A DNA stretch of 64,000 nt from Lama guanicoe (GCA_013239625.1 MU054001.1:7212174-7276173), one strand, 5' to 3'. Numbered from the stretch's first letter, positions 50,093-63,225 are shown. Translations and numbers: made by a program. The notes: a model not told the origin generated them from the letters alone.

Positions 50093-50997
50093 AAATCATT
50101 TTTTTGAGTACATGTTCTGTGTGAGACTCTCTGCTAGGCACTGGTGAGGTGGGGACTTAGAAAGAGGTAAAGGAGGAGGCAAACTCTACAGCTCCCAGGC
50201 TAAGGTGATGTTGTGTACGATCCTTGGGAGATGGCTAACAATTCTCTCTGAAGCAGTTTTCCTTTCCAGGCTGTTTAGACTCTTAGTAATTTTGATCCTG
50301 AAATGTTCAGGGCTGAGAGTTCTGAGGGAGTAGAGTTACCTATACTCAGGGCAGCCAGGATATGTGGGACAGACCTGTGCTGGCTGTAAGGGACAGAGAT
50401 CTAGGAAGGTAGAATTCCCTCCCAGACTGACCAAGGTTCAGTCACAACCTCCACTTGGAGCTGAGAAGGAGGACTAAGCCCCACCCAGACTGCAAGGATG
50501 GTGGCTGGAGGAGAGATGAGGCTCCAAGAAAAATCAGATACTGAACAAGACAAAGGAGAGGGAATGGTGCTGGAGGAGGAAAAATCAGAGCTGTGTACTT
50601 CAGAGGGAAGCTCCCTAAAAAGGGTGGGGCTTGGGTGGTTTTGAGGATTGCTAGGATTCATCTAGAGTGGAGAGGGCTTTCCAGGAAGGGGGTCTGGAAT
50701 GAGAAAATATGTGACATGGGAATGTGAGTGGTATATTTGGATCACAGAAAGGGAATGATTTGATGCAGTGGCGTGTTTGTGAGAGGTCACTGGAGGTTGG
50801 ATGTATTGGCTGGATCTAAGCCATGGAAAGACTTAGGGTGTGGAGAAGATGGGATTTTGAAGGAAAGTGGCATGATGGGGGCTGATCTTTAAGGAGATCA
50901 ACTTAGCAAATGATGGCTTGGATGTGAGAATGAGAGAGAGGAGTGAGGTAGACAGGGGTGGGACATGTGGGGATAACAGGGAAGGAGGAAAGGAAGA

Positions 50998-51430
50998 AGT
51001 ATCGTTTAGCTGTTGCCACAGTAATGCTGTGCGATGAACACTCCAGAGCTCAGCGACTGCAAATAGCAGTCATTTATTCTCACTCGTCGGCAGGTTGGCT
51101 GGGAATTGGCTGATGAAGTCGGGGTCAGGTTGGGTCCAGGCCTGTTCCATGGATCTCTCATGTTCCTTGAACCCACAGGCTAGCTGGGGGATGTTCTCAT
51201 GGTGCTATCAGAAGTGTAAGAGCAGATAAGAGCCCAACTGTGCAACACGTTTCAAGTATCTGCTTGTGACACATCTGCTAATGTACCATTTGGCAAGTCA
51301 ATGGTCTAGCCCAAAGTCAAAGGGAAAGGAAGAACACTCCACTTCTAGCGAGAAACATGGCAAAGTCACTGAATTCCCTGAACACAGACAAAGATAAAGG
51401 ATTGGGAACACTAGTCTGTCACTGACAAGG
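50998..51430 (-). mobile_element. MLT1-type (MLT1H-like) LTR
   Basis: 'ttagctgttgccacagtaatgctgtg...catttattctcac...acatctgctaatgtaccatttggcaagtca...gcccaaagtcaaaggg'. Confidence 0.7.
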
Positions 51431-51770
51431 CAAAAAATTATAGGCCATTTATTTTTCAAAATATATTTTCTCTGTAGTGGGATTAATCACAGGGTTCTCC
51501 TCTCCCTGTAACATTGTGATCTTTAGCTTTAATTTTATTTTTAATTACAAAATGTTACCAAAAATGCATAATAAAATATAACATGGTAAAAACAGAACAG
51601 ATCCCTGTGAACCGAGCTTTCTGATTCTACAGATGTTAGTATTTGCTTTACATTTGCTTTCCTCTCTTCCCTCAAGAAATAAAATATTGATTCTACCCGG
51701 GGGTTCATCCCAACATTTCTCACCTCTCTCTATTCATGTTTTTATACCTGTTTTAGTTCCTTTAAACATG

Positions 51771-51883
51771 ATTTTTTTTTTTTGCATTTTGACTTTTATT
51801 TTTTGATTGAAGCATAGTCCGTTTACAATGTAGTGCCAGTTTCCGGTGTACAGCATAATAGTTCAGTCATACATAAACATTGA
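51771..51883 (-). mobile_element. Short LINE-1 3' end
   Basis: 'ttgaagcatagtccgtttacaatgtagtgccagtttccggtgtacagcata'; TSD ttaaac(a/g)tg at 51762-51770 and 51884-51892. Confidence 0.8.
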
Positions 51884-52537
51884 TTAAACGTGTTTTTCCT
51901 AAAGGAAAAAAGTTTTTGGTGGTTTTCATGTGTATCTCAGGGAAAAGGCAACAGGCTTTCGTGACTTTATCAGAAGAGTCCACCAGAGGGCAGTAAGACC
52001 ACAGGAAACAATATGGGGTCCAGGGAGGGAACAAACATTTCTTTCCCTGTCTCTCTGCCTGCTGTCTCTGTTTCTCTGTATCTCAGGCTGGACGTGAGGC
52101 TATGAGAGTGTGCACATGGGCCAGCTCCCCACTGTGGGTGACTGTGTGTGAGGACTCCCCCGCTGCCTGTCCCTGCCTCCCAGCCCCTTCCTCTGTCCCT
52201 CCACCCAACCTGACATTTAGTCTCTGTCTTGATCTCACTCCCCTTCTCCATCTCTGTGTCTGGTATTTGTAGTGGTCAGACCTGAATTTCCGCTCCCAGT
52301 TTGTAAGCTGCGCACTGAATTCTGCAGGATTCAAGAGGCTGGGAAGCTCCTGCCTGGCCATGGGGAGGGCGAGATCTGTTTTCCCTGCTCTCAAAAAATC
52401 TGCACCAAGTAAAACTCTACACTGAGCAGATTTATTTGTAACTATTTATTAATTGGTATTAGTTGGTTTTGTTTGGAGGCTAAGAATCTTGAATGAGAAA
52501 AGGTCCCGGCTCTGTTGTAAAGGCCTGTGTTGATTTA

Positions 52538-52740
52538 CTGTGTGTGTGTGTGTGTGTCTGTGTGTGTGTGTTTGTGTGTATGTGTGTGTGCGTAGGTGTG
52601 TGGCTCTGTGTGTTGGAGAGTATGAGTGTCAGTCTGTGTATAAATGTCCATGGCTCTGTGTCTTGCTGTGAGTGTGTGGACCAGTGTCCACATTTGGTGG
52701 AGGGCATGAATGTCAGTTTTGTGTTTGTTCTCTGAGTGGG
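52538..52740. repeat. Imperfect (TG)n-rich tract
   Basis: Direct read. Confidence 0.85.
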
Positions 52741-53426
52741 AGTGTATAAACCGGAGCTGGAATCGAGGCTCCTACTGCCAGGTTATCTCTTGGAGCAGCC
52801 CGGGCTGTGGGACAGCTGGTGATAACAGGTGATAGATTGATAGACCACATGGAATTGAATTCTGACCTCCCAGGGATAGTATTTCAGTGTTTCTGTAGGA
52901 ACATTAAGGCACAGAATGCTGTCACTTGGTAGAATTGGGGAATCTCAGAGAAGGATGAGCCCTTGGGGACCTCTGGGCCAGTCTTCCCCTCACATTCATT
53001 GCAGGATTTTCAATCTCAGGACCCCCAGTCTCTCTGGTGATTAGGTGGCCTCTTTTGATCTATTCTTTTGCAAGTTGGGTGCATGGTGAGGGGCTCTGCG
53101 GCACTAGTTAGTCCAATTCTGGTTCAAAGCCTTTCAGAGCCACTGGCAACAGCAGGTAGAGCGGTCTGGAGCCTGCCCTTCTGCTGCGAGGCCCACCCAG
53201 CTGGACTGGAGGTGGGGCCCTTGCCAGGCTGTCCACAGTGTCCTCACCGAGAGACCACCTCCCGGGAGGCAGGAGGGCCCGCTTGACCTGACCTCACTCA
53301 CTTGCACCGTTTCTTACACCCTTTGTGGCCAGTCCTTCTGGTGTGGTTGTGGGCAGGGTGTGAGTGCAGGTGTGGGACCTGGCTGGTGGATTGAGGAGTC
53401 TGTCCGAGGTGAAAGGACAACCTTAT

Positions 53427-53860
53427 TGTATGAGTTTGCCAGGGCTCTATGACAAAGTACCACAGACTTTGGTACTGGATGGCTTCAAACTTGAGAAATT
53501 TATCTCATCACTGGAGGCTGTTAGTCCCAAATCAGGGTGTTAGCAGGGCCATTCTCCCTGTGAAATCTGTGGGAGAATCCTTCCTTGCCCCTTTCTCACT
53601 TCTGGAGGTTTGCTGGCATCACTGGTGCTCCTTAGCTCACAGCTAGCTTTATAACTCCCATCTCTGCCCTCATCCTCGGGTGGCATTCTCCCAGTGTTTG
53701 GCTTCACACAGCCAGCTCTTTGTAAGCACACCAGTTGTACTGGCCTGGAGGCCCACCTAGTCCAGTACTACCTCATCTTCACTAATTGTATCTGCAATGA
53801 CCTTATTTCCAAATGAGCTCACGTTCTGAGGTCCTGGTGGTTAAGACTTCAACCCACAAT
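53427..53860 (-). mobile_element. MLT1C-like MaLR solo LTR
   Basis: 'tgtatgagtttgccagggct...acaaagtaccacagact...gagaatccttccttgcc...tctgcaatgaccttatttccaaat...ttctgaggtcctggtggttaagacttcaac'. Confidence 0.82.
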
Positions 53861-54325
53861 GTGAATCATCTCACTAATTGTCTCATGATTCTTTCAGGAC
53901 CCAGGCTTTCAGGTAAATCCACAAACATATTTCAGAACAGTGGAGCCTTATTGGTCCCTCCCCCACTCTTCCAACTCTCTCCTCTCTGTATTAACACAGT
54001 TGCCAGCAACACAATCCCAGCTTTGCTAGTCTCTCCACATGAGAGCAAACAAAGTGTTATGAAACTGCAGAGGACTGAGATATTGCTGGTAGCACTGCAT
54101 GTCTGCCCTGGTGATCTGTGCCCCCACGAAGCACTGTAACAGCCCATCGATCCCAATGGTGGTGAGGGGACAACCACTACAGCACAAGGGTCACTTGAGA
54201 CAAAGGACTTCCTGCCCCCTTATGCCAGGACAAGCTCAGATTTCAAGGTTCCTTCTTCCTCTCAGGAAATGAACTGTCTCATTTTTAAAGGTGCTGTTAA
54301 CCTGTTCTTTTCCATTGCATTTCTT

Positions 54326-57300
54326 TTTTTTTTTGAATTCTTGTTTCAAGATGGTTTTTATTTATTTATTTTTTCATTGAGGTATAGTCAATTTATAATG
54401 TGTCAATTTCTGGTGTACAGCACAATTTTTCAGTCATACATGAACATACCTATATTCATTTTCATATTCTTTTTCACTGTGAGCTGCTACAAGATCTTGT
54501 ATATATTTCCCTGTGCTGTACAATATAAACTTGTTTATCTATTTTATATATACCTGTCAGTATCTACAAATCTTGAACTCCTAGTCTGTCCCTTCCCACC
54601 CTTCTCCTCCCTGGCAACCACAAGTTTGTGTTCTATGTCTGTGGGTCTGTTCCTGTTTCATATTTAAATTCATTTGTTTTCTTCTTCTTCTTTATTTTTT
54701 TTGATCCCACATATGAATGATATCATATGGTGTTTTTCTTTCTCTTTCTGGAAGAATCAATATTGTAAAAATGGTCCACTGCCCAAGGAAATCTACAGAC
54801 TTAATGCAATCCCTATCAAATTACCCAGGGCATATTTCACAGAACTAGAACAAATCATAATAAAATTTATATGGAACCATCAAAGACCTAGAATTGCCAA
54901 AACATTACTGAAGAGAAAGAAAGAGGCTGGAGGAATAACTCTCCCAGATTTCAGACAATACTATAGAGCTACAGCCATCAAGACAGCATGGTATTGGTAC
55001 AAAAACAGACATATAGACCAATGGAACGGAATAGAGAGCCCAGAAATGAACCCACAAACTTCTGGTCAACTAATCTTTGACAAAGGAGGCAAGAATATAC
55101 AGTGGAATAAAGAGAGTCTCTTCAGCAAATAGTGTTGGGAAAACTGGACAGCAGCATGTAAAACAATGAAGCTAGAACACACCCTTACACCATATACAAA
55201 AATCAACTCAAAATGGATTAAAGACTTAAACATAAGACAAGATACAATAAACCTCCTAGAGGAAAACATAGGCAAAACATTATCTGACATACATCTCAAA
55301 TATGTTCTCCTAGGACAGTCTACTCAAGCAACAGAAATAAAAGCAAGAATGAACAAATGGGACCTAATGAAACCTACAAGCTTCTGCACAGCAAAGGAAA
55401 ACATAAGTAAAACAAGAAGAAAACCTATGGAATGGGAGAAAATTATTGCAAATGAAACCAACAAAGGCTTGATCTCCAGAAGATATAAGCAGCTCATATG
55501 ACTCAATAAGAAAAAAATAAACAACCCAATCCAAAAATGGGCAGAAGACCTAAACAAGCAGTTCTCCAAGGAAGACATACAAATGATCAAGAGGCACATG
55601 AAAAAATGCTCAATATCACTAATTATCAGAGAAATGCAAATCAAAACTACAATGAGGTATCACCTCACACCAGTCAGAATGGCCATCATTCAAAAATCCA
55701 CAAATGATAAATGCTGGAGAGGCTGTGGAGAAAGGGGAACCCTCCTACACTGCTGGTGGGAATGCAGTTTGGTGCAGCCACTGTGGAAAACAGTATGGAG
55801 ATTCCTCAAAAGACTAGGAATAGACTTACTTTATGACCCAGGAATCCCACTCTTGGGCTTGTATCCAGAAGGAACCCTACTTCAGGATGACACCTGCACC
55901 CCAATGTTCATAGCAGCACTATTTACAATAGCCAAAACATGGAAACAGCCTAAATGTCCATCAACGGATGACTGGATAAAGAAGATGTGATATATTTATA
56001 CAATGGAATACTACTCAGCCTTAAAAACCGACAGCAGAACACCATTTGCAGCAACATGGATGCTCCTGGAGAATGTCATTCTAAGTGAAGTAAGCCAGAA
56101 AGAGAAAGAAAAATACCATATGAGATCACTCATATGTGGAATCCAAAAAACAAAAACAAAAACAAACAAACAGACAAACAAACAAACAAAAACAAAGTGT
56201 AAATACAGGACAGAAATAGACTCATAGACAGAGAATACAGACTTGTGGTTGCCAGGGGGGTGGAGGGTGGGAAGGGATAGACTGGGATTTCAGAATTGTA
56301 GAATGGATAAACAAGATTATACTTTATAGCACAGGGAAGTATACATGAACTGTTATGATAGCTCATAGAGAAAAAAATGTGACAATGATTGTGTATATGT
56401 CCATGTATGACTGAAAAATTGTGCTGAACACTGGAATTTGACACAACATTGTAAAATGATTATAAATCAATAAAAATGTTAAAAAAAAGAATGACAGTCT
56501 CCAGAGACATCTATGTTGCTGTAAATGGCATTATGTTGTCATTTTTATGGCTGAATAGTATTCCATTTCATAAGTGTACCACATCTTCTTTAACTAGTCA
56601 TCTGTCAATGGACATTTAAGTTGTTTTCATGTCTTGGCTCTTGTAAATAGTGCTGCTATGAACATTGAGGTGCAGGTGTCTTTTTGAATTATGGTTCCTT
56701 CTGAATATATGCTCAGGAGTGGGATTGCTGGGTCATACGGTAAGTCTATTCCTAGCCTTTTGAGGAATCTCCATACAGTTTTCCACAATGGCTGTACCAC
56801 ACTGCATTCCCACCAGCAGTGGAGGAGGGTTTCCTTTTGTCCACACCCTTTCCAGCATTTGTCATTTGTGGACTTTTGAATGATGGCCATTCTGACTGAT
56901 GTGAAGTGATACCTCATTGTAGTTTTGATTTGCATTTCTCTGATAATTGGTGATATAGGGCGTTTTTTCATGTTCCTATTGATCATTTGTATTTCTTCCT
57001 TGGAGAATTGCTTGTTTAGGTCTTCTGCCTATTTTTGGATTGGGTTGTTTGTCTTTTTCCTATTAAGTCGTATGAGCTGTTTATGTATTCTTGAGATCAA
57101 GCCTTTGTCAGTTTCATCTTTTGCAAATATTTCTCCCATTCTGTAGGTTGTTGGTTTGTTTTGCTTATGTTTTCCTTTGCTGTGCAAAATCTTGTAAGTT
57201 TAATTAGGTCTCACTTGTTTATTTTTGCTTTTATTTCTATTTCTTGGATAGACTGTCCCAGGAGAAAATTGCTGAGATGTATGTGAGATAATGTTTTGCC

Positions 57301-57534
57301 TATGTTTTCTTCTAGAAGGTTTATTGTGTCTTGTCTTATGTTTAAGTCTTCGATCCATTTTGAGTTTATTTTTGTGTATGGTGTATGGGAGTGTTCTAAC
57401 TTCATTGCCTTACATGCTGCTGTCCAGTTTTCCCAATGCCACTTGCTGGAAGAGACTCTCTTTATTCCCTTGTATGTTCTTGCCTCTTCTGTCAAAGATT
57501 AATTGACCAAAAGTTTGTGAGTTCATTTCTGGGA
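54326..57534 (-). mobile_element. Outer LINE-1 (~1.5 kb 3' fragment: 54326-54751 and 56489-57534), split by a nested L1
   Basis: Both halves join colinearly across the insert; ORF2-like peptides in ORFs 56627-56986(-) and 57211-57495(-); perfect 16-bp TSD ttccattgcatttctt at 54310-54325 and 57535-57550. Confidence 0.93.
54749..56488 (+). mobile_element. Inner young LINE-1 (1.74 kb; ORF2 C-terminal pseudo-CDS, 3'UTR, polyA)
   Basis: ORFs 54674-55132, 55166-55501, 55583-55990 and 56003-56227 share one frame, broken by three stops, and encode the L1 ORF2 C-terminus ([32 protein letters not shown]). AATAAA at 56469-56474, A8 tail. Confidence 0.95.
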
Positions 57535-57704
57535 TTCCATTGCATTTCTTGTCTCTGCCCACCAGATGAATGGTTCTGGCTTTTGAAACTTGAAGCTACA
57601 ATGTACTACTTCAAATTCTTACTGATAAAGTATTTGTGTTTCTTTTTTTTTTTTGAAGAAGAAGATTATATTTATAAAGAAGTATGACATGTCAGTTTCC
57701 CAGA

Positions 57705-57802
57705 AGTGCATGTATATATGTATGTATGTTTGTGTGTACATGTGTGTATTTGTGTACATTTATGATGTGTGTGTACATCTGTGTGTGTCTGTATGTGGTG
57801 TG
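57705..57802. repeat. Imperfect (TG)/(TA)-rich tract
   Basis: Direct read. Confidence 0.85.
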
Positions 57803-59412
57803 GGTCAGTGTTGCTCTCAGGATTCTCAGTCTCCTCTCCATATCTGAAAGATAAGAGATAACTTACCAGATACTCAAGAGCTTGGGCTACCCAGTCTTGG
57901 ACGTTACCTTCTGATGTCCAGCCCTGGGATTTCAGTCAGAGACCTGGTTTCCAGGGTAAGGTGGAGGGATTCCTGAGTCATAGGTTCTAGTCTTAGTTCT
58001 GCTGTTTTGCTCTTATCCCCAGAAAAGGGAAGAAAGAACATCTCTTGCTCCTTTTGCTACTGCACCATCCCTGAGATTCACTGGCTGGCTTGTCCATTCA
58101 CACTTCCCTGAGCCACCCCCAGAGCTGTGGGGGATGCAGCATGCAGATGGCCAGGCACCTCTTTGGAACTTGGGATGCAGCCTTATGAATTGCATGGGTG
58201 GAGTGTGGTGGCGAGGCAGGAGATCCTAGGAAATTTGTCCCTCCAGGAAGAAGGGAAAGTGCGTGCTGGGTGGGGAAAAATCATCCAATGTACCCTGGGG
58301 AAAATGATGCAGTTCCTTTTTGCCCTGACTCAGTTGCTGAGGGACTGAGTCCATATCAACTGAGGGTGAGAATTCCCACCCTGCCACCTCCAGTATATGT
58401 TCTCTCGTGTTGGCCCAGTGGTGCTCTGTGTTGGAGTGGGGAGGAGGTGGCATTGTCTCTATGAAAAGCTGCAGACCTGCCTGGGATTTAAGTCACAGGT
58501 TGGATGTACCTGTGGGGCTGGCTGTGTCTTCTATATTCTCAGGATACATTTCATTGATTAATTTCTGTTCAATAGCTCCCTCAACATGTTGTCTTTCTTT
58601 TAGGAGACCCAGCCCTTTTTTTCTTTCTCATTATATTACAGTGCACAGCCCTGGTTTCAGAGGGTCTCTGGCTAACCCATGGGGTAACCAGAAATTTCTT
58701 TCCTTCTTATCACTTCTCCCTGGTGGTGCCTTGTGTGCATGTGTGCACTTACTTGCACACCTGTGCTTCACAGGGCCTTCTGGATACCCAGGGTGATTGG
58801 TTGGGGGGACAGTGTTGCCCCACATTCTTATCTTTGCAGGAGTCCCCCCCCCCAGATGAGAGCTCTTAATGTCCTTCTCCATCCGTCTGCCTGAGTAGTT
58901 TGCTCCAGACCAAACACAGAGTCTTTTATTCAGGAGACAGAAGAACTTACGGAAGGGATCAGGCTGATCTTAGAATAAACTCTTGGCTGGAGGAACTGGA
59001 GCCATAACTTGACTTAGGACATTGTCTAGAATTGTTGAAGGGAGAAGCCTTTCAGAACAGGGCTTGGAGAGGAGGGAGTGGATCCCACATGTGTTTGTTC
59101 TTAACTCTTTTCCCCACGTTCCTTCTCTGAGTTCCCGAATTAGGTCCCCAGCTTCTCTTTGGGTGCTATAAGATGGGAACAGTGCTTTGACAATCTTGGG
59201 GTCTGTTTAGAATTTAGCTGCCTAAAATCCAAGTCTCATGAACTCTAGGATACTCAGCCTGCCACTTAAATGCTCCCTCCTTCCACAGAGGACTCTCCAT
59301 AATGCAGTAGGAGGCCCCTGTCTATGGCAGCAAAGATCAAATCAGCATCAAAAATGCTGGGTTTGGGGGAAGGCTTCAATCAAAATCATTGTTACAAGTG
59401 GGAAACTTCTAG

Positions 59413-59602
59413 TCCAGGGGTTATGAACTGATGGCTCCTAGCTGAATATCACCTACAGGAGTGTTTTATTTGCTTATACAAACTTAAAGTAGAATTCAGG
59501 TGCCTTTAGGTGGGATCACGCTCTCTATTTAGCCAGCGACAAAGGTCATCTTCACCATTTATATCACTTTCCTGGCCCCGAAGGTGTTTGATCTTGCAGA
59601 CA
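59413..59602. mobile_element. hAT-Charlie (MER102/MER58-like) relic
   Basis: 'tccaggggttatgaactgatggc...gtgttttatttgc...cctggccccgaaggtgtttgatcttgcagac'. Confidence 0.5.
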
Positions 59603-62010
59603 GTTATGGTCACCCCTCCAAACACATGAGGAAATGAAAATCCAAAGGGGGCCAGGCCACACAGTGAGCTGTGAGATTACCAGGGATGGAACCCAGTCCT
59701 GGGCTCCCAGGTCAGTCCTCTTCCTTTATCTCTAGACTGTAAAGTTATGCTCACAACATTTCTGTGTTACATCCTCTCTAGTGATACTGATGCTCAGTAG
59801 GAAAGGCTTAGGCACCAAACACAAAGGAAATGCAACACTAGAGCTTCAGGAGTCACCGATAAGAGGGAAGAAACCTTGGCTGGCACCCAGAACCTTAAAT
59901 CCCTCCCCAAGTGGGCTGCTTACCCAAGACTGGTCAGCTGTAGCTGCCGGCACTGTCCTCACACTTTCCATGATTTCATCTGGGGCCCTCCTGGCTTACA
60001 ATGCATTAGGGAGCTATGAATAACCTTTGTGTTCATGAAACATAGATTTTGTTCAGCCCTGGAGGTCCCTGGTGCTGGTGGGGAGATGGATGACTGGACT
60101 GGAACCCGTAAGGCCCCACAGAATCTCATCTCTGCTCTTCTGAGCTATCATCTGAAACCCAAGAGGGAAACTCTTGGCAGCTGTTTTTCTGGAGTCAGTG
60201 TGCTGCCCCAGTCTGGGCTGATGCAGGTTGCAGTGGGACAAGGATAGGAGGCTATAATGCCCTCAAGTGCAAAAAGAGGCCTCAGGTTCTTTAGAAAAGC
60301 AGCTCAGGTGGTTAGGGGACCTGACGCAAATTCATCCTGTCCTCATAATTCTACCCACCTTCTCCCTTCTCTGCTGCAGGCAGGAGAAAGTGTGGGTAAA
60401 ACTGCTCACTTCCACTGACTTCCCTTAGTTCTGCCTCTTGACATCAGTTCTGCATTGATCTCAAAATCAGTTACACAAAGCCACTGCCTCACGGAGTTTC
60501 TAGTCTGTCTTGTTCACAACTGACTCTTCGGTGTCTGTCAAAGTGTCTGATGCAGGTAGATGCTCCCATGAATCCTATGCTTCAAAGAAGAAACATTTCC
60601 ATAAATATATGTCCTAGCTGTATTCAGGACTAAGTCTCAGTTTTCTCACTGTGTGCGTGCTTAACAAAGCACTCTTTCCCCGGTGATTCTCAAGACCAAT
60701 TCTAAATGGGGGAACTGCTGGAAGCAGCACTGCTGTCTTTGGAAGCCACTGAGTGAAATCATCATGAGCTGGCTGGGACTCAAACGAGGTTGACCAGAAG
60801 CTCTGTTTGGCAATGTGAAGCCAGGAGAGAGGATTAATGGAGTTTATGCCCCAAGTCCCAAGGACACTGACCCAGGGCAGTGGAGTGGGCAGATGTGTTC
60901 CAGGAGCTGGCTGCCCACTCCAGGAAAGGCCACTCAAAACACACAGAGTGAGCTGCCACATGTCTCTTGGTCTGGTTTGCCCCCTAGTTTCATGACAAAA
61001 TAGAGAAAGTGATCCACTCCAGTGAAATTTCTCGTGTTTTAGAGCATGGAAAAAATACTTGCCGTGTTCTCCCAATTCCCTGTCCTTTCTGACTTGTTGC
61101 AGTTCCCACATCTCTGTTAGGAGGCTCTAACAGAAGCTTTTGAACAGGCAGAGTATCTGAGCCTCTCTGGCCCTCTGAGTATGATGCTTGCACTGGGCAG
61201 TCAGCCTGCATTTCTGAGGGTGCCTGCCAGGAGCCAGGCTCTGGGCTTCAGGGGCAGGGAACACATGCTTCATTTTAAAGTTCTTTTTTCTTTTATTTAA
61301 AGCCATTTTTAAAAAAGTGATTTTTATTTTTTGCAAAAACAATATTAAAAGAAGAACAGAAGTGTAAGGCAAAACTTTCCCCTATTCCCATCAACTAATC
61401 CAAGAAAGCTGTCATTTGTCCCTGAGGCCCTCTAGTCCTTCTCCATGTGTCTATGCAGTTTGTACGGGTTATTCTCATTGGCCAGACAGCATCTGAGCTC
61501 CCTCCCACCATCTGAGCTCTCCCCTACCGTACAAAACAAGACCTGCTTGCCACCGTGGAAACCAAACACACAAGCTTCTGCCTTTTCTGCCTCCCTTGCA
61601 GCTGGGGCACAGCCAGGTGTCTTGGGCTCTTTCAGCCTGATGTTTCCACCCACACACCAGGTAGACCTGGGAGCAGCCTCTCTGTGGAAGCTTTGGCAGC
61701 TTTTATGAGATGCGTACCCAGGGGCAAAGAGGGCAGCAGTGATGGTGGTGATGTTTAGTGTCTGGAGTCCAGAGTCAGTGGGCAGGGCAAGCCGTTCTGT
61801 GGTGTGATCTGGGCAACGTAGACTGTCTCCAATCTTAAGTTCTCCACAACCCTGGATGTTTCTGTGAATTTCCCAGTATTCTGATAGGAAATTGTTTTTC
61901 TGTTTAAATTAGCCTAACTGGTTTCTGCTGCTTACAATGATGGTACACCTGTCTGATACACCTATTTATAAGTCTTACTATTTTGTAGTATGCAGTTGAT
62001 ATTATTTTAT

Positions 62011-63225
62011 TTTAACTTATTTACTTATTTTTTGTATATATTTTTATTGAAGTATAGTTAGTTTACAATGTTGTGTCAATTTCTGGTGTACAGCATAATG
62101 CTTCAGTCATACATGAACATACATATATTTGTTTTCATATTCTTTTTCACCATAATTAAATATAGTTTCCTGAGGGGGAAGGGTATAGCTCAAGTGGTAG
62201 AGTGCATGCTTAGCATACACAGGTCCTGTGTTCAATACCCAGTACCTCCTCTAAAAATAAATAAACCTCCCCCTCTGCCAAAAATAAAAAAAAAGTAGTT
62301 CCCTGTGCTATACAATATGAACTTGTTGTTTATATATTTTATATATAGTAGATAGTATCTGCAAATCTTGAGCTCCCAATTTATCCCTTCCCTCCCCCTT
62401 TGCCTCGTGATAACCGTAGTTTGTTTTCTATGTCTGTGAGTTTGTTCCTGTTTTATATATACACTCATTTGTCTTTTTTTAAAATTCCACATATAAGTGA
62501 CATCATATGGTATTTTTCTCTTTCTGGCTTACTTCACTTAGAATTTCATTCTGCATGTCCATCCATGTTGCTGCAAATGGCATTATTTTATTCTTTTTTA
62601 TGGCTGAGTAGTATTCCATTGAATAAATATACCACATATTCTTTATCCAGTCATCTATCAATGGACATTTAGTTGTTTCCATGTCTTGCCTATTATAAAT
62701 AGTGCTGCTATCAACATTGGGTGCATATATCTTTTGAATTAAGATTTCCTCTGGATATATGCCCAGGAGTGGAATTTCTAGATCATATGGTAAGTCTATT
62801 TTTAGTCTTTTGAGGAATCTCCTTACTGTTTTCCATAATGGTTGCACCCAACTACATTCCCGCCAGCAGTGTAGGATGGTTTCCTTTTCTCCACGCCCTC
62901 TCAAGTATTTATTGTTTGTGGGCTTTTGAATGATGGCCATTCTGACTGGTGTGAGGTGATACCTCATTGTAGTTTTGATTTGTATTTCTCTAATAATTAG
63001 GGATACTGAGCATTTTTTTCATGTGCCTATTGATCATTTGTCTGTCTTCATTGGAGAATTGCTTCTTTAGGTCTTCTGCCCATTTTTGGGTTGGGTTGTT
63101 TTTTTTTTCTTATGAAGTTGTACAAGCTGTTTATATATTCTGCAATAAAACCCTTATCATTTTCATCTTTTGCAAATATTTTCTCCCATTCTATAGTCTG
63201 TCTTTTTGTTTTGCTTATGGTGGAA
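62011..63225 (-). mobile_element. LINE-1 3' fragment (~1.1 kb) with a nested SINE
   Basis: ORF 62503-62967(-) is L1 ORF2 C-terminus-like; 15-bp TSD ttgatat(t/a)attttat at 61996-62010 and 63226-63240. Confidence 0.92.
62174..62294 (+). mobile_element. tRNA-derived SINE (Vic-1-like) nested in the L1 3'UTR
   Basis: gggggaagggtatagctcaagtggtagagtgcatgcttagcat...gtgttcaatacccagtacctcc plus an A tail; TSD tagtt(t/c)cctg at 62163-62172 and 62296-62305. Confidence 0.92.

Noticed and set aside
54674..56227. Long ORFs with protein-like composition
   Set aside because: They are the L1 ORF2 C-terminus, 5'-truncated and with three in-frame stops; not a functional CDS.
62174..62250. tRNA-like sequence with A and B boxes (also five minus-strand copies)
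   Set aside because: These are SINE heads: they have a shared non-tRNA 3' part, A-rich tails, TSDs and mutated stems. They are not tRNA genes.
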